Below, in pieces: positions 23,414 to 33,489 of a DNA stretch of 64,000 bases (its first letter is position 1; every line of letters starts with the position of its first letter). Position numbers and translations under genes: made by a program. The notes beneath the pieces were generated by a model that ran no database searches, was not told the DNA's origin, and saw nothing but the letters and a program-made list of their open reading frames with translations. The stretch is from an uncultured Planctomycetaceae bacterium. Its GTDB lineage: Bacteria; Planctomycetota; Planctomycetia; Planctomycetales; Planctomycetaceae. The stretch is taken from assembly GCA_963815195.1 (NCBI GenBank), contig CAWFGE010000001.1:20718-84717 (forward strand), given 5' to 3'.

Positions 23414-25138
23414 TTACCCGTTCCGCAGCAGTTTGCGAAATTGACTGAGCGTGCGGGTGTTGGCGACGTCTTTTTTCTCTAAGCCGGCTCGGCGGGCTTG
23501 GAAGACGCCGTATGGCATCATGTCGAATCCCTCTGTGCTGTGGGAGTCGGTGTCGATCACGATCAGAATGCCCTGTTCCTTCGCGGCTTGGGCGTGGATG
23601 TCGTCCAAATCGAGCCGGGATGGATGGGCGTTGATCTCCATCATCACTCCATAATCGGCGGCGGCTTTGAAGACTTCCTTGTAATTCACATCCGCCCCCG
23701 GCCGTTTCAGCAACAGCCGCCCCGAAGGATGCCCGATGGCCGAAATGTACGGGCATTTGATCGCCGTCAAGAGCCGCCTGGTGATCTGGTCGCGGGGCTG
23801 CTTGAGGCCGTAATGCAGCACGGCGAGGGCCCAGTCTGCCTCTTTTAAGACATCGTTCGGCAAGTCCATCGTGGCATCTTCGAGGATGTCGCATTCGATG
23901 CCCTTCAGGATTTCGATGCCTTGGATGTCGGCGTTGATCTTGTCGATTTCCTCCCAATGTTTGAGCAGGCGTTTGCCGTCGAGGCCGTTGGCCATCGTGA
24001 CGCGTTTGGAGTGGTCCGTAATCGCGATGTATTTGAGGCCCCGCTTCTTGGCGGCCTCGGCCATTTCCCGAATGCCCGCGGTGCCATCCGAGGCGGTCGT
24101 GTGCATGTGCAGGTCGCCCTTAATGTCTTCGAGCTCCAGCAGTTTCGGCAGGTGATGTTTTTCCGCGGCTTCGATCTCGCCCCGGTTCTCGCGAAGCTCC
24201 GGGGGAATCCACGGGAGGTCCACCGTGGCGTAAACTTCTTCCTCGGTCTTGCCGGCGATGCGCGTGTCGTCTTTTTCGCGGAACACGCCGTATTCGTTGA
24301 TCTTCAAACCGCGTTCCTGGGCCCGGCGGCGGATGACGATGTTGTGCTCTTTCGACCCGGTGAAATACTGGAGGGCCGCCCCGTAGGATTCATCGGGCAC
24401 GACCCGCAAATCGAGTTCGATCCCCGAATACAGCCGGACCCGCTGCTTGGTCTCGCCGCGGGCGAGCACTTTTTCCACCAACTCATGCCCGGCGAGGCGG
24501 TCCATCGCTTCCGCGGAATTGGTCGACGTGACGAGCACGTCCAGATCGCCCGCCGACTCCCGGCACCGCCGGCAACTCCCCGCGACCGAAGCCTGTTTGA
24601 CGGATTTCAACTTGAGGAGATCCGCGACGATGGTATCGGCGGCCGTTTTGGCTTCGTTGATGTAAAACCGCTTGCCGGCTTCTTTGACGGCGTCGATGTT
24701 TTCCAAAATCGTCTGCTCGGTCTTTTTGCCGAAACCTTTGAGCTCGGCAATCTGCCCGTTCTCGGCGGCGGCTTTGAGGCTCTCTAAGGAATCGATGTTG
24801 AGTTCTTTATACAGCGCGGCCACCTTCTTCGGGCCGATGCCCGGAAGCCCCAGCATGTCCAACACGCCGGGCGGGATCTCTTTGCGGAGTTCCTCCAATT
24901 GCGGCAGGCTGTTGGTCTCGACGATGGTTTTGATCTTCCCCGCGAGGTCTTTCCCGATGCCGGGCAAGTCGTCCAGATCGCGTTCGGGGTCGGCGAGGAT
25001 GTCGGCGACGGCTTCGCTCAAGTTGCCGATGGTGCGGGCGGCGTTGCGGTAGGCGCGCACGCGGAACGGGTTCGCCTCTTGAATTTCCAAGAGGTCGGCG
25101 AGCTGGTCAAAAATCCGGGCCACATCCGCGTTTTGCAT
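23414..25138 (-). CDS. polX: DNA polymerase X with PHP exonuclease domain
   Basis: [34 protein letters not shown] and ITDHS motifs. Confidence 0.95.
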   Translation of the reverse strand: MQNADVARIFDQLADLLEIQEANPFRVRAYRNAARTIGNLSEAVADILADPERDLDDLPGIGKDLAGKIKTIVETNSLPQLEELRKEIPPGVLDMLGLPGIGPKKVAALYKELNIDSLESLKAAAENGQIAELKGFGKKTEQTILENIDAVKEAGKRFYINEAKTAADTIVADLLKLKSVKQASVAGSCRRCRESAGDLDVLVTSTNSAEAMDRLAGHELVEKVLARGETKQRVRLYSGIELDLRVVPDESYGAALQYFTGSKEHNIVIRRRAQERGLKINEYGVFREKDDTRIAGKTEEEVYATVDLPWIPPELRENRGEIEAAEKHHLPKLLELEDIKGDLHMHTTASDGTAGIREMAEAAKKRGLKYIAITDHSKRVTMANGLDGKRLLKHWEEIDKINADIQGIEILKGIECDILEDATMDLPNDVLKEADWALAVLHYGLKQPRDQITRRLLTAIKCPYISAIGHPSGRLLLKRPGADVNYKEVFKAAADYGVMMEINAHPSRLDLDDIHAQAAKEQGILIVIDTDSHSTEGFDMMPYGVFQARRAGLEKKDVANTRTLSQFRKLLRNG

Positions 25139-25169
25139 AAGGGTCACTCGAAGAAGAGTTGTCGCATTC

Positions 25170-25323
25170 ATCAGCCACTGGCGCTAGCCCACCGTTCCCC
25201 TGAGAACCGGACGCCAGCGCGTTCCGGCTGATTGATCGGAAAGGAGTTATTGTCGGATTCATCAGCCGTTGGGCGCTAGCCCCGGTTCACCGGACAACCG
25301 GACGCGAGCGCGTCCCGGCTGAT
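25170..25323. repeat. Two REPIN-like doublets, family C (ATCAGCC..GCGCTAGCCC..AACCGGACGC..GCGCGT..CGGCTGAT)
   Basis: Two hairpin units; related copies at 32615-32682, 38569-38712 and about 54900-54980. Confidence 0.7.
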
Positions 25324-25420
25324 CGGAAACGCACCGCACCGAAACGGAAATCGAGGTGCGAGCGAACATCGCTCGCACCTCGACCTTATTGTCGGGAACA
25401 CAAGTTTGAGATTCAATCCC

Positions 25421-26302
25421 TTATTTCTGGACCAACCGCGTGGGAGCGGGGACGGGGATCCAGCCGAGGTTGATCTCGGAGGATTCACGGCGGGGGTTTT
25501 CGGCAAGGGCCGGTTCCGACCAGGATTGGCGTTCGATCAACCGCGTGCGCTCCGGCATCGGGCGGGTGGTGATTTTGTCGTCGAGTTTCGCCAACGCGGG
25601 CGCGGCTTCGGCCTGGAACTTCACCTGCTGAACCGCGGTTCGGTGGGCCGGGGCCGGCTGGCGGCGGGCGAGAATTGCTTGGGGGATGCGAAGCTCTTCG
25701 CGGCCGCGCGTGCTCGGGTTTTCATCGAGCGTGTCCGGCATGTAGTCTCCGTCTTTGATGCCCATGTTATTGGGATTCCGCGGCTGGAACCCTTCGCCGG
25801 TGCCTTTTTTATCCTCTTCGTCGATAAACGTGCGTTGGCGAGCGCCGGCGGCATCGGGGCGAGGTTTGATGTTTGTGCCGGATTGCGACCCCGAACTGGA
25901 AGCCAAATCGCAATTCCCGCTACTGCAATCCGTGCAACAGGACGAGTTGCTGCACGAGACGCAGGACGTGCAAGGCGAACAGCACGCCGAGGAGGAATAG
26001 CAGCTCCGTTGCACGCCGCACGAACCGGTGGAGCAGCAGGGCGTGCAGCAGCTCGACGAGCCGGCGTAATAGGTCGTGGTGGGAACGTAAGAGGCTGTGT
26101 AGCTTGGAACGTAGGACGCTGTATAATAGCTGGAGTAGGAGGGATAATAGCTGGAGTACGGAGAGTAGTAAGAGGAATAATACGACGGCCAGCCCCACAT
26201 ACTGTCATACCAACCAAAACCAAACTGGGCGGATGCCGAAGAGCAAGCCATCATCGCGGCCGCGAAGATGGGCAGCATGATTTTCAAAGTGGGATGTCTC
26301 AT
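25421..26302 (-). CDS. Secreted low-complexity Tyr/Ser/Cys-rich hypothetical protein
   Basis: Signal peptide, a YYSSY-rich block, then a CC-rich block; GAGG RBS upstream. Confidence 0.7.
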   Translation of the reverse strand: MRHPTLKIMLPIFAAAMMACSSASAQFGFGWYDSMWGWPSYYSSYYSPYSSYYPSYSSYYTASYVPSYTASYVPTTTYYAGSSSCCTPCCSTGSCGVQRSCYSSSACCSPCTSCVSCSNSSCCTDCSSGNCDLASSSGSQSGTNIKPRPDAAGARQRTFIDEEDKKGTGEGFQPRNPNNMGIKDGDYMPDTLDENPSTRGREELRIPQAILARRQPAPAHRTAVQQVKFQAEAAPALAKLDDKITTRPMPERTRLIERQSWSEPALAENPRRESSEINLGWIPVPAPTRLVQK

Positions 26303-26534
26303 GGTTGAAACCTCAAGTTGGATGGAAGGATCCCGGAACGATGCAAAACCACCACGGCTACTGCTTCACTCAGAGTTATCAGCCCGCATTTTACACTAGT
26401 TGTACCGTTTGCAGCGGGGGAGTGTCAATCACCTGTCCGAACCGGGAATCCGAATTATAACAATCCAGCGGGAATGTTCCGATCGCACCGGTTGGCGAGA
26501 CTCAGTCCATTCGGAATATTCGTTATAACAGGCC

Positions 26535-27587
26535 ATGTTGTCGCAATCGCTACAAAAGATCCTGGCTGCCTATTCTCCGCGCTATCGTCCAGTTCGCTGG
26601 GAAAACCTGCATTCGTCCGGGGGCTTTAGCGGCGCGGTGATCGGGCGGTTGGAAACCTCGGCGGGATCGTTTTGCCTGCGGGGCTGGCCGGCCGGTGCGC
26701 TGCAGGCGGTGCGGATCCTGGGACTGCATCGGCTGCTCAAGCGGGTGTTCGAGGCCGGCGTCCGCGAAGTCGCCGTGCCCGTTCCCGCTAGGAACGGCGA
26801 AACGCTAATCACCTGCCGAGGACAAAACTGGCAACTCGAACCGTGGATGCCCGGCACCGCGGACTTCTGGAACTCTCCGAGTCCAAAGCGGCTCGAAAAC
26901 GCGATGGCGAAACTCGCGGCGTTTCATCAAGCCACCCGGTATGACACCGATGAAGGCCCCGCCCGGACGTGGTTCTTTCATCGGGAATCCGCTCCCTCGC
27001 CGGCGGTGGCGGAGCGGCTGATAATCCTCCGAGATTGGCAGCGGACGAAAATCCATCGGCTCGCCCATGACCTTTCGTTGGAACCCGGCCGCGAACTCGC
27101 GGAACTGGCCGCGGAGTTCGTTTCGCGCTTCCCGCTGGTCGCGAATGTGGTGGGAACGCAATTGGATTTCTTGAGCCGGGTCCCGTTCCGATTGCAACCG
27201 TGCCTCAGGGACATTTGGCACGACCATGTCCTGTTTACCGGCGATGAAGTGACAGGGCTGATCGATGCGTCCGCCTGCCGGAGCGAACATATCGCCGCCG
27301 ACCTCGCCCGGCTGTTGGGCAGTCTGCTGGGCGACGACAGCGAACGCTGGATGCAGGCGATCACCGTTTACGAACGCCACGCCGGGCCGTTGGATTCGCA
27401 CGAGCGGGCCTTGATCGAAGTCCTGGACCGGAGCGGCGTTTTGCTCTCCGGGCTGATCTGGCTCGAACGGCTGCTGCTCGAGCGCGAAACCTTCGCCAAC
27501 CGGCCCAAAGTGATCGCGCGGCTGGAGTCACTCCGCGGGCGGTTGAAAACCCTGGAAGCGACAATTCGCGGAAGCTTCTTGCCATAA
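26535..27587 (+). CDS. APH/homoserine-kinase-II-like phosphotransferase
   Basis: GGFSGA P-loop-like motif; CLRDIWHDHVLF..GLID catalytic motifs. Confidence 0.75.
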   Translation: MLSQSLQKILAAYSPRYRPVRWENLHSSGGFSGAVIGRLETSAGSFCLRGWPAGALQAVRILGLHRLLKRVFEAGVREVAVPVPARNGETLITCRGQNWQLEPWMPGTADFWNSPSPKRLENAMAKLAAFHQATRYDTDEGPARTWFFHRESAPSPAVAERLIILRDWQRTKIHRLAHDLSLEPGRELAELAAEFVSRFPLVANVVGTQLDFLSRVPFRLQPCLRDIWHDHVLFTGDEVTGLIDASACRSEHIAADLARLLGSLLGDDSERWMQAITVYERHAGPLDSHERALIEVLDRSGVLLSGLIWLERLLLERETFANRPKVIARLESLRGRLKTLEATIRGSFLP

Positions 27588-27693
27588 GTGAGTTAGGATT
27601 ACGAATTTTTCCGTATTCCCCCCGATCGGGGAAGTTTGTTATAACTCCCGGCCCTCTCCAGTTCTCGGCCGATCGTCTCCTGTCGGAACCGTC

Positions 27694-28701
27694 ATGCAAC
27701 GGGCCTGTTCTGACGCTTGCTCCGAACCCAATGCGGATCGAACCCTGTCGTCCATCCGCCGGGGCCGTTCGCTGCGCTATGGGGTGTGTTTGCTGCTCGT
27801 GTGCGGCTCGCTGTCGGGCTGCACCTGGGTGCGGAAATGGCTGGGTCCCTCGCCGGAAAAATCGCACCGCCTCGCCGAAGAGGCGCGGCAGGCCGAGGAA
27901 GCCGGCCAGATTCCACAGGCGGTGGTGCTGCTCGAAGAAGCCCTTGAGGAAACGCCCAACGATCCCTACCTGCACCGCGAACTCGCCCGGTTGCTGCTCG
28001 GCCGGCAGGACTTCTACGCGGCGGCGGAGCATCTTGAGCAAGCCGTCGAGCAAAATCCCGACGATGTGGAAGCCAATGTCGAGTTGGCGAAGTTGTACAT
28101 CGAGCACCAGCAGCCCGCCGCCGCGGCCGAGCGGTTGGACGCCGCGCTTCAGAACGATCCGAAACATCTGGCGGCGCTCTTGCTGCGGGCCAAGCTCGCG
28201 GAACATTTGCAGGATCCGCAAACGGCGATCGAGACCTATCATCGATTGTTGAACTGCGATCCCCACCACGTCGAAGCCCGGCTAAGAATCGCCCGCCTGC
28301 AGTTGGCGGAGAACGAGCCGAACCTGGCGGCACCGCTGCTCAGGTCGGTCTGCCAGTGTTCGCGGGCGGGTTGCGATGAAGTCGCCGACGCCCGCTGGTG
28401 CCTGGGCGTGGCTTACGGTCAGGAACGGCGGTGGTCGGACGCGGTCGAAGCGTTGTCCTCGTCCGCGGAGATCCGCCAATCGATGTCGGCCGACGACTGG
28501 TACCGCCTGGCCTACGCCCGCACGCAAACGGAAGACTGGTCCGGGGCCCGAAAGGATTTGGACCGGGCCCTCCACATCAATCCCCGCCACGAAAACGCCC
28601 AAGCCATGCGGGGCGTCTTGAACCGCCAACTCGCCCCGGACGAGCCGATCCTGCGCATCGGTTATTCCGTCGCGCAAATCCCCGTGCCGGAACTCTGGTG
28701 A
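27694..28701 (+). CDS. TPR-repeat lipoprotein
   Basis: LSGC lipobox; multiple TPR-like repeats. Confidence 0.8.
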   Translation: MQRACSDACSEPNADRTLSSIRRGRSLRYGVCLLLVCGSLSGCTWVRKWLGPSPEKSHRLAEEARQAEEAGQIPQAVVLLEEALEETPNDPYLHRELARLLLGRQDFYAAAEHLEQAVEQNPDDVEANVELAKLYIEHQQPAAAAERLDAALQNDPKHLAALLLRAKLAEHLQDPQTAIETYHRLLNCDPHHVEARLRIARLQLAENEPNLAAPLLRSVCQCSRAGCDEVADARWCLGVAYGQERRWSDAVEALSSSAEIRQSMSADDWYRLAYARTQTEDWSGARKDLDRALHINPRHENAQAMRGVLNRQLAPDEPILRIGYSVAQIPVPELW

Positions 28702-28843
28702 GCCTCGCCGTTGGACGCTCTGTTCTTCTGCGGATTTCAACAACCGGATTGCACGATCGTCGACATGGCGAAGTGTGTGGCGAACCTCTTAAATCGCACC
28801 GAATATGCCTGTCATGCCTCAGGGCTGCCCGCTCGCAATCGGA

Positions 28844-31594
28844 TCACGGCAAGCCGTTGAGTTTTCGGACGACCCATTCCACCGTGAGCAGACCGAAGAA
28901 CAACAGCAGGATCGGCCAGTTGTCCCAGAGTTCGATTTCTTCGCGGTTCTTCGTGCGGAACTCCGGCGGGACGAGGCGGTCGGGCAGGCTCTTGAGGGTG
29001 TCGGGGAAATACAGATAGCCGTCGCTTACGTCGGCCAGTTGTTGGAGCAGCTTGCGGTTCGCGGAGAGGTCGCTGAGTTCCAGCGTGGGCTTCTCGTTGA
29101 CGTAAAATGTCGTCGCGATTTCGCCTTCGCCGAGGCCGGCGCTCGCGTCCAGCTTCACGCGGTATTCGCCGGGAGGCAGCGAGATGGCCCGGGCTTCGTA
29201 AAGCAGCGAGCCGGTGCGGGTGGGTTCCAGTTCGATCGTCGTAAACGGCCGGTTTTCAAATTCCACGTTGCCGTTCTCGTCGATGCGTTTGCGGTAGATC
29301 ACCGCCTTGGCCTGGATGTTGGGATTCTGGTCCAGGAACTTTTGCGTCCAGCGGGCTTGGATGACGGCATCGTCGCCGTGCTCGATTTCGGTCTTCTGAA
29401 GTCCGAAGCGGACGACTTCGTTCCCCGCGCTGGCTTTGTTGCGGGTCGCCCAGCGGCCGAGTTGGCCCCAGAAGCGGTGATGGTATTTGTCGCCCACCCG
29501 GTGCCGCCAGCGCCAGGTGCTGTCGATGCCGATCCACAGCACCTGTCCCGTGCCCAGGTATTGATGGACAAACACCGCGTTTTTTCGCTCGTCCGCCAAG
29601 GTCAGGTTCCGGCCGAAGCCCATCTCGGCGGAGACGAACACGCTGGCGTTCGGTTTGACCTCGCCGAAGAGTCCCCAGGTATGGCCGGGCAGGTTTTGCC
29701 AGATGCGGGCGTTCTCGGCCCGGCTGGTCGTGTCGAATTGGAACATCGCTTCGCGTTCGCCGTCGGGCGTCAGCTGCAAATGAAAGCCCCGCTCCAAAGG
29801 ATGGCCGGTGGACTTCACATCGTCGATGTTGATGGCCCGCAGCCGGGTGACGGGCAGCAGCCGTTCGAGCGTCGGCGATTGATGAAACAGCGGAAAATCG
29901 TTTTTGCCCGCCGTCAACACCAGCGTCCCGCCGGACTCCGCGACGAACCGCTCCAACAAGAGCCAGGCTTTCTCCGGCATGTCGGCGGCGGCGACATCGC
30001 CGATGATGATCAGATCGGGATCGGCGAACGGCGAATGGGCCAGGTCGTCGGCATCCTCGGGAAGCTTCAGTTCGTGGGGGAACCAGGTGTCTTCCAGAAT
30101 CCCGATGTAGGGCTGATGAAACACAACCTCTTTCACATTCTCGCGGCCGATGCCTTCATCGCGGTAAAACGCATTCGTGAGATAGCGGAACTCCCAGCGG
30201 GCTTCGCCCTCGGCGATCAAGACGTGCACTTTGTCATCCACGATGGTGAGCGCGAATCGGCGGGAGTTGTTGTCCCGGCGGGTTTCACCGTCTTCCGGTT
30301 TGACGCTCAAGGTGTATTCGTGCCGGCCAATTTCCTCTTCGTCCAATTCGAAGGTGAGGACGGTCTCGGTTTGCGTCGGCGTGATTTTTCGCGTGATCGG
30401 TTCGCCCGCGGTGGGCTTCAGGATCACCGTGATTTCCTTGCCGGAGAAGCCCGACGTGTTGAGCACCGCCGTGAGGATGCGGGTGTCTTTTTTGAAGGAC
30501 AACTGCGGGAAATCCAAATGGGCAATCGCGAGATCTTTGGGCCGCTGCTCCGAGCCGAGCAGGATGGGAAACACCGGAGCCTTGGCGTTCCCCAACCGGG
30601 CGGCGAGCCGGGTCGCATCCCGTCCCGCATTGTCGCGGCCGTCGGTCATGAGGACCACGCCCATCAAGGGGGCCGTGCTTTCGTTCCCCGCGGTCGGGGA
30701 AAGTCCCTGAGTCAAATCCGAGATCTGCGGCAGAATGCTCGCGGGCGGGTGGCTCAAATACTTTTTGAGCGTTTCCGCGTCGGCCGATTCCGACTTGCCG
30801 CCGAAGACCAAGAGCTCCGGGCTGCCGAGTGCTTCGAGCTGGGGCAAGAGCGGATCGGCGGTTTCGGTGAGCAGCCGCCGGGCGATTTCCTTGCGGGGGA
30901 TTTGGTCGAGCCGCTGGAAAATCTCGTTCAATTGATCTTGGCGGGATTGGGTCAAGACCCGGCGGCGCTCGGGGTCCTGCGATTCGTTCGGGCTGACCCA
31001 CTGGGGCTCTTCGCCTGCATCGAACGCCTTCTGCCATTCGTCGAGCCGATCTTTGTTGGCTGCGTTGCCGATGAGCCCCAGCGTTCGGGCCCAGCGCAGT
31101 TTTTCCGCGGGCGTCGCGTGGGCATCGGAGGTGCCCATGCTTTCGGACAGGTCGATCGCGACCAGAATCCGCCCAGAGTGCTTTTTGTCGAGTTCCCAAG
31201 TCAGCGCGGGCTTTAAGAGCGTCAGAAAAAACACGCCCAGCACCAGGAGCCTTAAAATCAGAAGCGAATTCCCCACGGTCTTGGGAACGAGCTTGCGCTC
31301 GTATTGCAGGAGCATCACGATCAACACGCCCGCGGCGGCGGTCATCAGGATCGAAGCCCAAATCCAGCCGGTGAGGTGCATTCGCACGAGCAGCCAGCCG
31401 CAGCCCAAGAGCATCAGCACCGCGATCGCCTCGGCGAGGATCCCGGCTTTGCCCCCGGCCGGTTTCGACTTCCCACCGAAACGAGCCATGCCCCGGAGCG
31501 CCAGAATCAAGAGTGCGATCCCAGCCCCGGCCAGATACAACAGCAGCCAGCCGGAGGCGTCGCCTTCCTGAAAAATAAATTTGCGCTCAAACAT
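28844..31594 (-). CDS. Large membrane protein with VWA-like and GATase1-like domains
   Basis: DLSESM and LMTDG MIDAS-like motifs; RWEFRYL; DSTWRWR; C-terminal EWVVRK motif. Confidence 0.75.
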   Translation of the reverse strand: MFERKFIFQEGDASGWLLLYLAGAGIALLILALRGMARFGGKSKPAGGKAGILAEAIAVLMLLGCGWLLVRMHLTGWIWASILMTAAAGVLIVMLLQYERKLVPKTVGNSLLILRLLVLGVFFLTLLKPALTWELDKKHSGRILVAIDLSESMGTSDAHATPAEKLRWARTLGLIGNAANKDRLDEWQKAFDAGEEPQWVSPNESQDPERRRVLTQSRQDQLNEIFQRLDQIPRKEIARRLLTETADPLLPQLEALGSPELLVFGGKSESADAETLKKYLSHPPASILPQISDLTQGLSPTAGNESTAPLMGVVLMTDGRDNAGRDATRLAARLGNAKAPVFPILLGSEQRPKDLAIAHLDFPQLSFKKDTRILTAVLNTSGFSGKEITVILKPTAGEPITRKITPTQTETVLTFELDEEEIGRHEYTLSVKPEDGETRRDNNSRRFALTIVDDKVHVLIAEGEARWEFRYLTNAFYRDEGIGRENVKEVVFHQPYIGILEDTWFPHELKLPEDADDLAHSPFADPDLIIIGDVAAADMPEKAWLLLERFVAESGGTLVLTAGKNDFPLFHQSPTLERLLPVTRLRAINIDDVKSTGHPLERGFHLQLTPDGEREAMFQFDTTSRAENARIWQNLPGHTWGLFGEVKPNASVFVSAEMGFGRNLTLADERKNAVFVHQYLGTGQVLWIGIDSTWRWRHRVGDKYHHRFWGQLGRWATRNKASAGNEVVRFGLQKTEIEHGDDAVIQARWTQKFLDQNPNIQAKAVIYRKRIDENGNVEFENRPFTTIELEPTRTGSLLYEARAISLPPGEYRVKLDASAGLGEGEIATTFYVNEKPTLELSDLSANRKLLQQLADVSDGYLYFPDTLKSLPDRLVPPEFRTKNREEIELWDNWPILLLFFGLLTVEWVVRKLNGLP

Positions 31595-31658
31595 GCCGGA
31601 ATGCCGAGGAAGCCCTCCGCCCACCCATCACAAAATCATGCGAAACAGAATCATTGCC

Positions 31659-32005
31659 GCGGAATGGTTATTATAACTCAAACTGTAAGCGGGGTGAGGG
31701 TGGCTGGGGCGCAAAGGAATGCATCAAGCAAAAAACGCGTTCGGAAGGCTGGGGCCATGGGAGTGATTTCTCTCGCGTCCATGGCCCCAGTTTTCGCTTG
31801 CCTAAGATCGCCAACGAAATAATTTAAACTTTTGAACTACTCAACATAACCAGGGGGCTTACGCGGGCACCGACCGCAGGTTGGTCTGCTCGCCTTTTTG
31901 TCCCCATGTTGAAGTTATTTTTTTGATGTTCCGAACTTTATTCATAGAGGAATCTGCGCCCCAGCCACCCAACCGCTTACAGTTTGAGTGATAAGAGCAT
32001 TCCGC
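31659..32005. mobile_element. Putative MITE / non-autonomous element with about 55-bp terminal inverted repeats
   Basis: GCGGAATG..TTATAACTCAAACTGTAAGCGG..GGTGGCTGGGGCGCA on the left, reverse complement on the right; no credible ORF inside. Confidence 0.65.
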
Positions 32006-32093
32006 CCGACGAGTGCAGAACGAGGCCGCGACATTTTGAAAAGCGCCCTGCGAGCGGATGATTTTGTGCGACATGATTCTGTGATTCTCTTCT

Positions 32094-32561
32094 TCAACCG
32101 AGGTCCGCGAGTTTCTCCGCGACCTCGGCGACGTGGCCGGCGACTTTGACTTTGGGCCACACGGCCGCGATTTTGCCTTCTTTGTCGATCAAGAACGTCG
32201 CCCGCTGAATGCCCATCGACTTTTTGCCGTACATGTTCTTCTCGACCCATACGCCGTATTTCTCGCAGACGGCGTGGTCTTCATCGGCGAGCAGCGTGAA
32301 CGGCAACTCGTGCTTGGCGGCGAACTTTTCGTGCGAAGCGACCGAATCGGTGCTCACGCCGAACACCACAGTGTCTGCGGCATCGAACCCGCCGGCCTGG
32401 TCGCGAAAATCACAAGCCTCCGTCGTGCAGCCGGGCGTGTTGTCCCGCGGATAAAAATACAGCACCACGTTCTTGCCCACTTGATCTTTGAGGGCGACTT
32501 TTCCCTTCGGGCTCGGCAAATTGAAAGCAGGGGCTTTTTTTCCAACTTGAGGCATCGGCAT
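32094..32561 (-). CDS. bcp: Thioredoxin-dependent peroxiredoxin Bcp
   Basis: VVLYFYPRDNTPGCTTEACDFRD motif. Confidence 0.93.
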   Translation of the reverse strand: MPMPQVGKKAPAFNLPSPKGKVALKDQVGKNVVLYFYPRDNTPGCTTEACDFRDQAGGFDAADTVVFGVSTDSVASHEKFAAKHELPFTLLADEDHAVCEKYGVWVEKNMYGKKSMGIQRATFLIDKEGKIAAVWPKVKVAGHVAEVAEKLADLG

Positions 32562-32688
32562 GGGAGGTCTTTCTGGGATATTGGGCTCGCGGATCAATTA
32601 GGGGCATCGGATGGAACCGGGGCTAGCGCCCTGCGGCTAATGATGTGACAATGTCGCAACCGACACTAGCGCCCTGCGGCGAATAATG

Positions 32689-33489
32689 CTAACGCGCATC
32701 GGTTTCGGGTTTTGGTTTTTCCTTGAGCAGCAGATCATAATGCACCCGGCCCACGTGCCACATGTAATTGGGGCCGAAACCGGCATCCTGCGCCCAGGTG
32801 TTTTTCGTCGCGGCGGCGAGGTGCTTTAAGGCGGGCCCTCGGCGGTTGTGAAGCGCGTGATTGAGGCCGATGTAAAGATGGGCGTAGAACTCGCGCTTCT
32901 GGCGTTCTTCGTCCGGGATCTTCGCATCCTGGATTTGCTTTAGGATTTGGTCCGGCGTGATTTCCTCGGCGAACAACCGATACACATCGGGAAACGGTTC
33001 GCGGTCGTCTTTTTCATATTTGAGCAAACCCTCGCGGGCTTTTTTCAGCCCGTAGGCTTTGGTCTGCGAGAAGAACCGCCAGATCCCGTTTTCGCGGTCC
33101 ACATCGTCGAAGGTGTGATAGGTCTCAAACTGGTTCGCGGCCTGTTTGTATTTCTTGTCGTAGAAATAAGCGATCCCCCGCCGCCAGTGCGACGGGGCGA
33201 TCTTGGGTTCGAGCTCGACCATCTTTTCGTAGTCCGCGACGGCTCCCGCAAAATCGCCCAGAAAGAACCGGGCATCGCCCCGCTGGGAATAGCTGGGCGT
33301 GCGGTCGGGGTCGGCTTTGATTTGGGCCGTGGTCTTTTCGATCACCTTCTGAAACTGGGATTTCAGCTCCGCGCGTCTGGCCTCGGAGAGCGGATGTTCT
33401 TCCGCCCGCGTGGAATGGGTTTGAACCAACCCCGTCAATAGAAAGACCGCGACGGGAAACAGAGGCAAGCGGATCGGCAGAGGCATCAT
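32689..33489 (-). CDS. Exported NlpI-like TPR protein
   Basis: Signal peptide; RGDARFFLGDF, WRRGIAYFY, DRENGIW and FYAHLYIGL segments resemble NlpI-type TPR proteins. Confidence 0.75.
   Translation of the reverse strand: MMPLPIRLPLFPVAVFLLTGLVQTHSTRAEEHPLSEARRAELKSQFQKVIEKTTAQIKADPDRTPSYSQRGDARFFLGDFAGAVADYEKMVELEPKIAPSHWRRGIAYFYDKKYKQAANQFETYHTFDDVDRENGIWRFFSQTKAYGLKKAREGLLKYEKDDREPFPDVYRLFAEEITPDQILKQIQDAKIPDEERQKREFYAHLYIGLNHALHNRRGPALKHLAAATKNTWAQDAGFGPNYMWHVGRVHYDLLLKEKPKPETDAR

Noticed and set aside
28805..31216. 803-aa plus-strand ORF and other long antisense ORFs (e.g. 16898-18649, 13980-15386, 49966-51135)
   Set aside because: Shadow frames of real genes in high-GC DNA, with no recognisable motifs.
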